Source: an uncultured Chloroflexia bacterium
GTDB taxonomy: Bacteria > Chloroflexota > Anaerolineae > CG2-30-64-16
DNA length: 64,000 nucleotides
Assembly: GCA_963774265.1 (NCBI GenBank)
Contig: CAVZDU010000002.1
Coordinates: 32,001-96,000, forward strand
Reading direction: 5' to 3'
Made by a program: the position numbers and the translations under genes. The notes under the pieces are model-generated. The model was not told the DNA's origin. It saw only the letters and a list, made by a program, of their open reading frames with translations, and searched no databases. Each line of letters opens with the position of its first letter. Positions within the stretch are counted from its first letter, which is position 1. Of the stretch, positions 41,001-53,314 are shown one piece after another.

Positions 41001-42746
41001 ATAGACGCGATTGCTGGCGATGGCCAGATAGTCGGCGCCGGCGAGACCGGCCGCGAGGTGCTCGACCTTATCGCTGTTGTCCGGATCCCAGACGGGCAAC
41101 TCAGCGCGCTCATACATGCGGAGCGGAGGGCGGTCTCGAATCTCGTCCATGGTCAGGGGGAGGGCATCGTCCCATTCTTCGCTGAGGATCTTCGAACCGT
41201 CTGGCACATTGCGGTAGATCCAGAGAGACGCCTCAATCCAGGGGTGTTCCTGGCGATAGACGTTTGTGAAGGCGAAGGACCAAAGCACTGCGACCAGGGC
41301 CGTGCCTAGCGCAACACCGACCCATATAACCCGGCCACGGCGGCCCCACCGCTCGACGAGCCACTCCCAGCCCCTTACCGCAAACGCGGCGCCGAAAACC
41401 AACAGGAACGGCAGCAGCGGGGCCATATAGCGGAGAAACTTGGTGTGGAACGCGCCCGTGACCATGAAGTAGGGAAAGCTCCAGGCAAGCAGAACAGTAG
41501 CCGCCGCGCCCGCGCGCCCCAGCCCAAATCGCACGAGCGCCCATGCCAGTCCGGCCCACGCGATGATCCCGAGCGGCCATGTCAGCCCCCACTGGCTCAG
41601 TTGCTGTACAAGATACCAATAGCGAATCGTGCCGATATATTGCCGCGTGTATGGCGCATCCATTGCGCCGCTCACCATGGCATTTTGCGCCATGATCTGA
41701 CCGAGGTATGGGCCAATCTCAAGCAACGCGAATGGGTTCGTGAGTGCGAAAGTAACAACTGCAATGAAGCCGACAGCTGCCAGGCGGCGGAGCGTGTGCC
41801 ACATCAGCGACAAAACCTTCGAAGCTGTCGAAACCCGGGGAGTCTGCTGCCGCGACGCGCAGAATGCAGCGACGAGAAGCGGCAGGGCAAGCATGACCGC
41901 GTTGAATTTGGAACCGACCGCCAGTCCCGCCATCACTCCCGCCGCAAGCCACGTCCAGCGGCCGCCCTGATCGGCATAGCGCGCGGCGAGAGCGACGGTC
42001 GCGACGATGAGGAAGGTGAGGAGAGCGTCGACCGCTGCATAGTGGCTGAGCTGGATGGGCAGAACCGCAAATGCGTAGGCGGCCGCAGCCAGGAGACCTG
42101 TGACGTAAGGTGTCGGTTGAGCCACCGGGGTCGCCGAGGCGACGAGTTGGTCAAGCTTGTCTTTCCCGGCATGTTGAATCTCGCCAACCTCTGTGTGCTC
42201 TGTGGCGAATCCGGTCAGGAGGCGGGCGACACGAACGCCCATGATGTAGATCAGCAGGAGCGTACCGAGGTCAGCCAGGGCGGAGAGAGCACGGCCGACG
42301 AGCGAAAGGTGGCTGTAGTCGGCGAGCTGCCGGCCGACCGTGTGAAGGGGTTGCATCCAGGCGGGGAATGCAAAGGTCGTCTCGCCGAACCAACGGCCCA
42401 CGGCTGCCGCCGCATGTCCCACGCCGATCAACAGGTAAAGGGGGAAGTGACCGTAGGCAAAGTTGCGCGGTTGGCCCGCCAAGTCGCCCGCACCAGGCGG
42501 CCATCGCAAGGGGTTGAGCGACGAGCGCGCCGGATCGAGCGCAACCCCCAGTTGCACGAAGAAGCCGCCGTCAACCTCACTCGGCCAGTTCATTGTGTCG
42601 GCCACCCAGACAATGAAACGCTCGTCGGGGTGAACGTGTTGAAAGCGGTCCCAGTTGATGTCCGTGAAGCGCAGCGCGCCGCCGATAAGAATCAGCGCCA
42701 CCAGCAAAGTGACGCGAATGGCGCGACGATTCAGCAAATGCATCAA
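38033..42746 (-). CDS. PMT-like GT-C module fused to a DUF2298/YYY module (~1570 aa; frameshift near 39250)
   Basis: N-terminal module HPDERF, FAYG.FP, GRALSAL.D, SEEWDD, ADESFSVYDHP; C-terminal module GEKFMEFAF, NYYYFG, INEFP, ADLHPH, RMNTLFKF. Joins ORFs 39180..42746 and 38033..39262. Confidence 0.8.
40574..40706. repeat. REP-like 28-bp palindrome (GTAGAGACGTTGCGTGCAACGTCTCTAC, 40679-40706) preceded by 7 tandem copies of its 15-bp arm
   Basis: Unit GTAGAGACGTTGCAC x7 at 40574-40678 (first copy has one mismatch). In frame in the host gene as VETLH(ATSLR)7ATSL. Confidence 0.95.
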
Positions 42747-42756
42747 CGGTTTGGCC

Positions 42757-45700
42757 TCACTGCTTCGCGGGAGACTCGAAAGTCCTCGGCGAGATGAAGG
42801 TCGCCGGCTCAGAAGTGGCGAACCGCGCTTCCAGGAAAGTGGCCGAGGCTTCCGCAGGACCGCGGTCCGTCGCGACGATCTCGTAGATCGTCACTGCCCC
42901 ACCCCGATAGGCTACCTGCAGATAACCCTCGTCCGTAAGCGCGTCGAATTTCGCCAGGCCGTCGGGGCCATAATAGGCACGCTCCAGCTCACCGACGATG
43001 ATGTATGTCACGCCGTAGTGATCCAGGAGTTCCCGCGCTCGCTCCGAATCGACGGTATTATAGATCTCCGCGACGTGCCGCACGCGACGCTCAACCACCT
43101 CGCTGGGAGTCACAGAACGCTGCTGGCGCTGGTGCCAGTTCCAGCCCTGCACCGTGGGCAACCCGGTGTATACGCTGAAGCGACTACCCCAACGGTATTC
43201 AGGGATTTGCGCCTCCAAGATCGTCGGCGTGCCCACCACATTCTTCATAAGCCACAGCATGGCAGCCTTGTCATCGGCCAGGAGAAGATCGCGGCCGTTA
43301 TCGAAGTATTGGGCGCGGTCCATGTAGGCCATACCGTCGAGGCCGCGCGGAGACGCCTCGGCCGAGAAACGATCACGGATTTTGGCGCGGGCAGCAAACG
43401 GCGGATAAAGCATCGCGCCGATGAAGAGGATGGCCAGGGCGGCCCAAGCCACCTTGCTCCACAATGGCCGGCGGCGGTCCGTCCGCGCGGCGAAGCTGGC
43501 CAGACCGACCGAGAGGCTGACGCCAAACAGGGTCCAGGCCTGGAGGTAGAACTTGAAGACCGTATTCATACGACCGATGTCGTCTTTTTGCCGCAGGACC
43601 TCAACGCCCATGGTGATTGCAAGTGCAAGCGCCAACAGCAGCAAGGCCATCCGGCGCGCTGGCGACAGGTCACGTCCAAGAGCCATGATGGCGGCGAGCG
43701 CGAAAAGCGGCAGAGCGATCAGCCACACACGGACACCCAGAACCCAACCAACCAACAGAATTACCACCGCCGCACCCCCAATGGCGGGCAGCCCAGCGGA
43801 CAGCCAGGCGGGCAAACGCCGCTCTCGACTTTGTGCGGATAATTCCGTGGCGAGGTACACGACGGCCAATGCGATAAAGAAGCCCCAGTGCGTGAGGTAA
43901 TCGCCGATTGCTGTCTTGCCTTCTTTGTAGAACTCCAAGCCTGCGTATGCCGTCGCGTAGTTGCTCGTAAAGGGATAGAACGCGGCGGCGCCCACGGCGA
44001 AAAAGACGACAAAACGCCATAGCACGGATATGCACGAACGAAGCGCGAAGGCCAGCCAATCCTGGATGCCGTCGGGCCTGGATGCCGCAAGGATGGGGCC
44101 GCGGCGGCTCATTTCCAGTACAACGAGTGCGGCCAGGCCGGCCAACGCGTAGGTCGGAAAGTCCCACGTATTGGTCGCGCGGAGACCGCCGATGATGAAA
44201 CCAAGCAAGACGATGACCAACAACTCAGGCAACGCGATGGCCCACGGCGAAGGCTCGCCGGCGTCCTCGCGCAACTGCGTTCCATGCTGGGCGAGCGCAA
44301 CCACCACCGACAGTGCGAGCAAGGTCATCGGCAGCGCGATCATGTGCGCGTGCAAGTCCGCGTAAGTGAACGTGAAGAACGGAAACTCGTTGATCGTGTC
44401 GGGGATGACGCGTGACGCGTTCCAAAACCACCAGTCGTTCGGGAAATCGAGGGCCGCGCGGTCCGTGATGATGTTGGCCAGCCCGCTGATGGCGCTCACC
44501 AACTTCGCGAACCCCGGGATGGTGCTCTCAATAACCACCGTACCGCGCTCGACTGACCTGATCCAGGAGCAGCTTCAGGTTGCCCAGGTTGCCGACGATG
44601 GTGACAAAGAACATGCCGCCGAGTCCCGCCAGGAGGGAGCCGGTCCGAATCCCGCCATAGGGTCTGTCATCGCCCTCCAGCCGCGTGGACGGGTCTCCCT
44701 CAGCCAGGGCGAATGCAACGCAGAATGCTCCAACCCCGGTGAGGGCGAACAGGGTGGGCACGGCCAGGTTATACGCGACCCACGGCACGATTCCGGTGAG
44801 CTTGATGAGCGTGCCGATGATCACCCACCCGAAGTAGTAGTAATTCATGAACCCGCCCGCATGCCATGGGTCGTAAGGCGGGAAGGTCGTGGAGCGAATT
44901 ATCGCGTTGAGATAGGCGAACTCCATGGGCTTCTCGCCACCGCGCGCCATGTGCCACAGGTCAGGGTTACCGATTCGAATCAGCAGGAAGAGCAGGAAGA
45001 GGGCCAGAAAGACGCCTTCTTCGGTCAGCAACAAGGCGCGGTGCGTTCGCAGAAACTCAGACATCACGCGCCGGCGCCGCCACGCGACCATCGCGGCAAA
45101 GCCGACCAGCAGTCCCAGGCAGAGCGCAATCCACGCGCGACTGAAGGAAGTTGCCTTCAGCGCAGGCGCGAACCAGCTCAACCAGGCAAGCAGAAGGATG
45201 CCCAGCGTCTTGGCGACCCCGTAACCCCTATCGGGAAGCTTGCGGAGGACAACAAAGCTGATCGGGAACGCGGCAAAGCCCAGGACCATCACGAGGGCCA
45301 ACCAGGCAAGCACCGAGAGCACAGGTGACCGGTTGAGCAAACCATCCGTGTCAAAGAGATCCGACCACGTCCCGCCGGCCTCTTGGACCGCGGCGTCCTC
45401 GGGCGTCATAAGCAGTGCGGTGGGCGCCTGGGTCACTTGCTTCGGCCACATCTGGATGGTGTTCTCCAGGTCGATCTGGTCGAAATAGCTGCGCACAAGC
45501 GCCTCGCTGTACTGCGGCGTTTTGCGGTAGATGCGCACCTCGGGGTGGTCATAAACGCTGAAGGCTTCCTCGGCGCCCGTGTCGTCGAAGGAGATGCCGA
45601 GGATGGTGGGGAAGGAAGTGAAGCGCGTGGCCAGCTCGAACCCCAACCTGCCGTCGAACAGGAGCCGGTAATACTCCTTGGTCATGGGGAAGCGCATGGG

Positions 45701-47441
45701 CAGCCGTGGAATGGAACCCCAGAGGCGATTCGAACTGATCACCAAGATGTCGGCCTCATTCAGCCAACGATAGATGGCTTCTCGTTTCTCGGGCGTGTCC
45801 TCGCCATAGTTTTCGATCTGTCCATCGCGACGGCCGTTCTCCTGCGTCATCCCATAATATGCGCCAGCGGGCTTGAAGCTAATCTTGCCGTCAAGCGAAA
45901 AAGGCAGGCCATCGTCCCAGTGTTCGTTGGCAACGACGCTACCCTCAGGCACATTGGTGTAGATCCATTTTGAGGCTTCGACGCGGGTCAGGGGGCGACG
46001 GTAGATCGCCAGAAAACCCCAGCCCCACAGCATGGTCGCGATCACTACGACGGCTATCATTGTGTATGCCGCGGCAGGCGTCGTAATTCGGCGCAGGATT
46101 GCAGCCGACTGGGCCTTTTCCACCAACCACCACAGCAACCATGCACCGAGTACGATCAGCATAGGATAGATGGGCAGGTAATAGCGCATGGTATAGGAAA
46201 ACTGCAGGCTGTGGTACACGAACATGCCGCCCACCCACGCGAACAGGCAACATGTGCGCCTTGAGCATTTGGGGATTCGGACGCACGGTCATGCCGCGAG
46301 CGATTTGGAAAGCCGCTACAACCCAGCCGGCCCACGCGGCTAATCCGAGGAACAGACCCATGCCCCAAATCACCATGTTGACCCAGGGGAAGACGAATGG
46401 AGTCCGGTTGGCCCACTGGTGCATTGGTGGCTGATCCGCCTCCCCGCGAATAATAAACCCGATCGTCCGCATACTGCTCCGGAATCCATCGGACAGGGAG
46501 AAGCTGAGCAAACCATTGCCCCCAAACGCGTAGGGCTGAAGGACACGGAAAGTGATGCCGGCCAGCGCAACCATGAGAATCAACCGGAAGAGCGTGGCCT
46601 GAACCATATTCGATGTCCAACCGGGGAGCGCCCGACCGCCGCCCAGGGCACGCGTGGCAGAGAGCTCATCCCGACGCGCGGATACCCGTCGCCAAGAGTG
46701 CAATCGCGGCCATCGGCGCGAGATTGATGCGACAAGCCAAGGCGGCACCCAGACACGTGCCAAGCGTTACATATGCTCCCCATCCGCTCCGGCGCGCCGG
46801 GTCAGCGCCCTGGGCCACGCGCACAGCAAAGTAAAACGTCAGTGCGGCGAAGAACGTGGCGAAAGTATCGACGGTATAGAAATGCGACTGTTGAAGCGCA
46901 AGCACGGCAGGGGCGTACAACGCAGCAGATAGCAGCCCCACGCGGACGCTATAGAGGCGGCGGCCGATCAGGTAGACCAACCAAACCACCCCCAGGTCGA
47001 ACAGGCCGGACATGAAACGACCGACCAGGTGCACCCCGTCGTAGCCGGTCATCATGATGGGCACACCCGGCGCAGATTCCCAGATTTGGGCAAATTCGTT
47101 GATCTTCTGCGCAACCTCCGCGACCACGCGCACGATGAACAATGGCAGCGAGCCGTAGACGAAGAAGTCGTAGCCGATATTATACGGATTCATCGGCGAC
47201 TGAGAGCTATCGAAGAACTGCCCCAGAGACGTGGGCATTTGCATCGCGCTCGTCACCATCGTCAGGAAACGCTCGTCGGGGTGAATGTGGGTAAACTTAT
47301 CCCAGTTCAGATGCGTGAGCCTCAAACAAGCAGCCACGAATAGGATCAGGAGAAGAATCAGGCTGGTGCTGGCAACACCGTGCAACCAGCCCGAAAACGC
47401 CCGCCAAACGGTATCTGTAGGTCATAACGTTCTTTGGTCAT
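42757..47441 (-). CDS. PMT-like GT-C module fused to a DUF2298/YYY module (several frameshifts near 47420, 46690, 46240 and 44535)
   Basis: Consecutive ORFs 46666..47385 (HPDERF, FVYGSLP), 45945..46763, 44528..46234 (NEHWDD, AEEAFSVYDHP, GEKPMEF, NYYYFG) and 42757..44538 (INEFP, ADLHAH, RMNTVFKFY) are colinear with the 38033-42746 paralog. Confidence 0.75.
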
Positions 47442-47450
47442 GTGAGCAGC

Positions 47451-50334
47451 CTATTTCACCGTGAGATATGTCCAGTCGGACCACTGGCCGACTTCGCCGG
47501 TCGGGCCGACAATACGATCGCCGTCGAGCACCTGCACCCGCCAACGGTACATCCCAGGCGCAAGGGACGTCTCGACGGATGTGGTCGGAGGCGTCTCGCT
47601 CAACACCCGCCACTCATCCTGGCTCTTGATATCGAACGTGGGATCGTCCACCCACAACAGGGCATCTACAAGCCGGTCTCCAACGATCACTTTGACCGGA
47701 AGGCGCTGTGCACCATCCACCAGGCTCAGCCCCGCAGCCTGGCTGCCAGGGGGTAGGATGTCAATTTGTCCGTTCATGGCAGGCAGGACGGGCGATTGCA
47801 GTACGACCGGCCACTGGCCTTTCTGTGGATCGAGGCTCGGGTCCTGGCTAAAAACCAGTGCGTCAATAAAGACGCTCATGTGCCGCGCGCCAATTGGGTA
47901 GTCTCGGTGGAGGGTAATGGGAATCGAGGCTGACTCCACTTGCACCTCCCCCAATTGTTCCCACCGCCAGCGGTCGAGCTCCTCCAGCTTGTGCTGAGCA
48001 GCCGGAAAGGACGTGCCACTGACCGTGATGGTCAGCGGCATCTCCGGTGTCACCCGCCGATGCGTGCGCGCCCAAACCGTGTACCGACCAGGTCCCGGCA
48101 GCTGCACCTGAGATGTGATGTCTGGGGCGTTGATCACATCTCCCAGGTACCCGCGACCGCTGAAGTTGGGGGCAAAGCGCTCTTCGACATACCAACCCGG
48201 TCCGCTAAAGAGGTCCTCGGCTTCGAACCAAGCCGTACCCGGTGGTTGCCGAGCCAGCTCAAGGCGCGCCGAGGTTGCAACCCCTGGCGGGTCGGTCGTC
48301 CATGTCAGAGTTAAAGGTTGATTCGCTTCGACCTCGGCCAGCGCTTGCGCTGTCACCGTGACCAAGAACGTGCAGGTGGGCATCTGCAATCCTGCCGGAG
48401 GGATGTTTACCGCATCAATGCGCCGACCTCTTTCAACCCTGGCGGCCGGGTAGCAGCGCAAAACCGCATCCACGATCGCCGCCCGCTCTGCAGCCAAGGA
48501 GTCATTGCCATGGTCATACAGAATGGTCGTCCCATCAACGGTTGTCCCCAGCCTGGAGAGGGATGGCAAGAGATCAGTGTACGGCAAAAGTTGGTAGTAC
48601 TCACCTTCTTCGTTAATCGGCGCAACGCCCCAAGAGGTGAACTGCAGATACTCCCGCTCCCATTCGGCCAGGTCGTCATACCGCGGCATATAGGGAACGA
48701 AGAGCATCTGACCCGGCTCCAGATGCGCCAAGAACGCATCCACCAGCTGCCGCCGAGCGATCCGCTCAGGGAAGTCCTTCGTTTCATGAAAGTAAATGTA
48801 CATGTTGACGACGCCGACGAAGGCCAGGGCACAGACCGCAGATACGGCCAGGAAGACGCGCGCCCGGCGTTCGACGGCATGATGGATTGTGCGACCGAGC
48901 AGTGCCAACCCCGCAGCCGCCAACAAGCAAAACGCCGGAACTGCCGGATAGAAGACTCGAATGTACGGAGAACCCATCACGACGGGCACCAAGAAGAACG
49001 TCACCGTAAACCAAAATGGAACCAGAGCATTCTGGCCGCGGCGCCAACGTACGATCATATAGACCAACCCTAAGGCCGCTACCGGAATCAATGCAGCATT
49101 GAAGATCGGGCCGTCGCGATTGAAGAGGAAGTCACCCCAGCGCTGCGTCGAGAAATTGGCGAGCGTCTGGGACAGGTTCTCAGCCAGGTTGGGCCAGACC
49201 TGATCCAAACTGCGCGCTGTGCTCCGGCCGAGTGACGTGCCGATAGAATTGTGATAGCCGCTGCGGGTCGAGATGTAGTGCCAGGAATCGCGCACCACCA
49301 ATGCGATGGGGGCGAGGAACAACATGAGTCGTCCAGGCTTGCCTAACCAGTCGCTGCGGGCAGGCACCCACTGCACCCGCCGGTCGATCAACAGTCGCCA
49401 GCCAAGCCAAAGGCCAACGACGGCAGGCACCAGGAAGAAAGTGTCATATGACAGCAACCCAAGCATCACAGCCAGCCCGGTCAATATATACCAATGCCAA
49501 CGCTGAGAGCTGACCGCGTAGACCATAAAGAGGAAGCTCAAGACCTCGGGAAGCTTGATGTGGCTCTCAACGTGCGAAAACCGACTGGCGCTGACATCTA
49601 TGAGCGATATGGCCATCAAGAAGGCGGCCAGTAGCGCGCCCGGCGGACCGAGCAGCTTGCGCGCCAGCAGATAGAAGAGCAGGGTCGCCAGCAGACTGGC
49701 AGCCGCGACCTGCCAACGCGCAGTTCGAGTGCTGACACCCATCACGCGGGAAGAAAAAGGACTGCGTCCAGTAAGAATAGGGCAGATACTGGCGGGTGTA
49801 GGAGGAATCAAAGTAATCGGTGTCCGCCAACACATCGGCTGCGATCTTGGTAGACCACTTGGATTCGTCCCCCTCGATGCCATAGGGCACACGGTCGAAG
49901 CGGTAGAAACGCGCAAATGCGGCCACCAGGATCACCGAGACGACCAAGACTAACTCGAATTGCCATTTGAGCCGGGGCGATTGCGGAAGATCGAAGCCAG
50001 ATGGCTTGATGGGGGCTGGAGGCTCCACGTTTGCAGCTATCGCTCCAGGATCGTGATCCCCGTGCAGGACCAACAGCCACAGGACGAGCAACAGAGCCGC
50101 GGCGCCGTAGAGTATCCCGCCAAGGACCCACGTCTGGCGACCGATAAAAACCTGCCCCCATATGGCCAGCCCGAATATCAGGACTAACAACGCCGCCTTG
50201 ATACCGACCTGCCGCCGCCAGACGAACAAGGCCAGCACCGCGACCGCAGTGAGCGCCGGAACCGACCACAGTAGCAGGTCCGAACTCCTGAGAAGCAACA
50301 GCCGTATTGGCGCAAACCACTCCATAACCAGCAC
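47451..50334 (-). CDS. PMT_2/GT39-like glycosyltransferase with a C-terminal beta-rich CBM-like domain (frameshift near 49750)
   Basis: ARFYRFDRVPYGIEGDE first-loop motif followed by a TM bundle; extracytoplasmic tail WFEAED...FSGRGYL...GRYTVWAR resembles CBM35/6-type folds. Confidence 0.72.
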
Positions 50335-50343
50335 CCCGCTCAG

Positions 50344-52428
50344 TCACCAACCTTGTAGGCTGTAAAAAGCAGCGGCCCATCCGGCGGCGTTCACGCGGTG
50401 CACCTGCTCCAACACGCCGTTGGGATAGACCCCTTGGACGATTGCCAGTTCATTGATGCGCTCTGGCAAGAACACGAAAACTGCTTTGCGGTTTGGATCC
50501 ACGAAGTCAGGCGGTCCCGATAGGGGCTGCATCACGTCATAGAGCTTGACCCCTTTGGCGATGAACGGCGTTGAACCGAAATCAGCGTACATGCGCGGCG
50601 CGCCGAAGAAGTACTCCTGCCACTCAGGCCCCAGATCGCGCAGGTAGTAGCCCAATCTTGTCGCCACTTCGCCGTTGAAGCCGCCGTAGACCCAGCTCTC
50701 CTGATAGGATCCGAAATAGAAACGCAAACTGATAATCGCCAGGACAAGCGCCAGGCCGGTGACCACCACGCCGCGGCCAAACTCAGGCAGCCGTAGGAGA
50801 TCGCGTAGGACAGCAGTCAGCTTACGGAGCGCAACCGCTACGAAGAAGACCGCTGGCACAGCGCTCGACACTAACCGTTGGCTGGAGGGAGGGCTCTCAG
50901 TCAGAGCGCCACCGAAGATCATCACGGCCGCGAACCAGATAACGAAAAGCGCGTAGCGCCACTTGAGCACACGCGAAACACTGACGGCCAGGCCGAGTAC
51001 AAAGAAGATGGAGGCAGCAAAATCCATCAGCGGTATGGTGCGCGGACCGTACCAAACCACGCGATCCTTGTAAAAGTTGAAGGCCAAGAAAGCCCGACGG
51101 ACCTGCTCGACGAACAGAGCACCCGCGCTACGACCAGTGCTCTGCACCTCTCTCTCAAGCCAGCCCGACTGAATAATGCCTACCGCGTTCACCCGGGCGT
51201 TGAAGTTGTCAGGGTCGCGGATTGCTACCAGCGCCATCGGGCCAACCGAGACAAGAAATCCACCAAGCATCACGAGAAGGCCGCGCATCTGCTGCGGGAG
51301 AAAATCACGATCGGTCAGCGCTGCCCAGGCCAGCACGGCGAGCACAATCACCAACACCTGACGCGATCCGGCGTAGAAGTAGAATCCCAGCCCCGCAGTG
51401 ACGCCGCTTAGCGCCCAGGCCCAGCGAGGGCCCGACTGCGTCTTGTCTGCTCCTGCGATTGTGGGATTCCAACCAATCACCAAGAAATACAGCGCCCACA
51501 CTATAAACAAAGGGTCGGCGATTTGGTTGGAGCCAAGTCGGCTGTAATGAATGTGATAGTGATAGGTGGCCAACAGAAAAGCCGTCAGGAATGCCAGGGA
51601 GCGGTCGAACAGTCGCCGTACAAGAAGATATGTCCCCAGTATGGTCAGCACGCCCACAACAGCCCACGGCAAACGCAGCCCTACAACATCATCGCCAATC
51701 AGTTTGAACCAGGCCGCCTGCCAATAGAACGACATATTTGGCACAGAGAGCCAGCCGAGACCAAACATGTTAGGCAGCCGGTTCGCAATCACATCACGCG
51801 CCCACAGGCCCTGGCTGCCCTCATCCCCACCGAGGGTCCATGGGATGGTCCCGATGCGCCAGACACGCAGCGCAGACGCGGCGAGTAGGATCAAGAGCAG
51901 CAGCCCAACCTCCCAACCGTGAGCCAGCAGCCAGCTGCGAGCCCGCTCAAAAGAGGACGAATCGGAGGAGACGAAGAGAGACCTGTCTGCCAGTGGCCGC
52001 CCCTCAACCGCGCTCGCGTGTTTGGCACTACTTGAAATTGCCCAAGCAGGCGGCCGCGCAAATGCCGCCAGATACAGCCCCATCGCCGCGATCCACATCC
52101 AGAAGACCGGCCAGGCTGAGCCTCCGCCAGCTAATGTCTCATTGAGCCGCCCCGATCGCACCACGGCTAGCGCCCCGAGCAATAGGGCGGTCACCACCAG
52201 CACCAGACGAACTATGAACGTGGCCGACCTACCAGACCGACGATTCCCCGATGCAGTCACCTCGTCGCCTGGCCTTCGCACCAGTAGGAGAAACAACAAC
52301 ACCGCCACAGAATAGAAAACTACGCCGTCCCAGAAGTAGCCTGGTTTGCGGGCAAAGTAATACTGGCCGAGCACGGCAAAGCCCAGCGTCCCCAGCAGTA
52401 GCAGCCATCGTGCCACGCGGTCTTGCAT
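50344..52428 (-). CDS. PMT_2/GT39-like (ArnT-like) membrane glycosyltransferase
   Basis: LRVWRIGTIPWTLGGDE, LRLPWAVVG and HIHYSRLG motifs; about 13 TM helices; PPSSQR. Confidence 0.82.
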   Translation of the reverse strand: MQDRVARWLLLLGTLGFAVLGQYYFARKPGYFWDGVVFYSVAVLLFLLLVRRPGDEVTASGNRRSGRSATFIVRLVLVVTALLLGALAVVRSGRLNETLAGGGSAWPVFWMWIAAMGLYLAAFARPPAWAISSSAKHASAVEGRPLADRSLFVSSDSSSFERARSWLLAHGWEVGLLLLILLAASALRVWRIGTIPWTLGGDEGSQGLWARDVIANRLPNMFGLGWLSVPNMSFYWQAAWFKLIGDDVVGLRLPWAVVGVLTILGTYLLVRRLFDRSLAFLTAFLLATYHYHIHYSRLGSNQIADPLFIVWALYFLVIGWNPTIAGADKTQSGPRWAWALSGVTAGLGFYFYAGSRQVLVIVLAVLAWAALTDRDFLPQQMRGLLVMLGGFLVSVGPMALVAIRDPDNFNARVNAVGIIQSGWLEREVQSTGRSAGALFVEQVRRAFLAFNFYKDRVVWYGPRTIPLMDFAASIFFVLGLAVSVSRVLKWRYALFVIWFAAVMIFGGALTESPPSSQRLVSSAVPAVFFVAVALRKLTAVLRDLLRLPEFGRGVVVTGLALVLAIISLRFYFGSYQESWVYGGFNGEVATRLGYYLRDLGPEWQEYFFGAPRMYADFGSTPFIAKGVKLYDVMQPLSGPPDFVDPNRKAVFVFLPERINELAIVQGVYPNGVLEQVHRVNAAGWAAAFYSLQGW

Positions 52429-52472
52429 GGTGACTCTCTATCCCAGCAGGGAGCGATGATCCAAGGCTCAGA

Positions 52473-53279
52473 TCACCTCGTCACATCGTGGATAATGTTT
52501 TCAGACTTCCGACACCGCACAAATTGATAGGCACCCACAGGGGGCAGCGGTTCCTCGTAGTAAGGCCGCAGCCATCGCTCGAATAACTTGCGCTGCGCAT
52601 CGAACAGCATCCACCGACCCAGTAATCGCTTGGTGATGAGGTTCGGTACACCCAGATAGTGGCTCAGATCGAAGCGACGGTGTGCAGCCGCGGAGAAGTA
52701 GTAGGTCAACTCCTCGATCTGCAGGCCCACCGCGGCCAGACGGCGCCGCCATTCCTCGGGTGGATACACGTGATAATGATAGGAGATCCGGTTGAAGAAG
52801 TCGCCGTAGCGCCTCCCCAATCCTTCCAGCCCAACCCGGCGCAGCACAGTGGCGCCCAGCAAATAGTCAGGATAGTGCTCACTGGGCAATGTTGTCGCAA
52901 ACACGCCACCCGGCCGCAACACACGACTGATCTCTGCAAGCACCGCATGATTGTCGGGGATGTGCTCGATAACGCAGTTGCTGATGACCGTGTTGAAGCT
53001 CCCATCGGCAAATGGCAGCGCGGTTCCGCTGGCGAACATAACTCCACGATAGACGTTGTGCCGGCCGGCTGCCTCAGGCAGATCTCGCGCCATCACATCG
53101 ACGCCAACATCAATAGGCAGTCCCTCATAGGCGATCGATGCGAAGTGGCCGTCACCACAGCCAATGTCGAGGACGGGAGATGCCAGGGGCACGCGCGCCA
53201 TAAAGCGACACTCGATCGCACGCAAAACCGCGCGATGTGGAGCCATGTCACGCAGCTGTTCTCGCAGATAGTCTTTCAA
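52473..53279 (-). CDS. Class I SAM-dependent methyltransferase
   Basis: VLDIGCGDG, LPFADGSF, VIEHI and RVLRPGG motifs. Confidence 0.9.
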   Translation of the reverse strand: MKDYLREQLRDMAPHRAVLRAIECRFMARVPLASPVLDIGCGDGHFASIAYEGLPIDVGVDVMARDLPEAAGRHNVYRGVMFASGTALPFADGSFNTVISNCVIEHIPDNHAVLAEISRVLRPGGVFATTLPSEHYPDYLLGATVLRRVGLEGLGRRYGDFFNRISYHYHVYPPEEWRRRLAAVGLQIEELTYYFSAAAHRRFDLSHYLGVPNLITKRLLGRWMLFDAQRKLFERWLRPYYEEPLPPVGAYQFVRCRKSENIIHDVTR

Positions 53280-53314
53280 ATCATCACCGGCCTGGAACTC
53301 AGATTTGAACCGCT

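Noticed and set aside
41445-43842. Long plus-strand ORFs (450 aa and 395 aa), and similar ones at 44366-45328, 53681-54874 and 59423-60397
   Set aside because: Antisense shadows of well-supported minus-strand genes in GC-rich DNA; no recognisable motifs.
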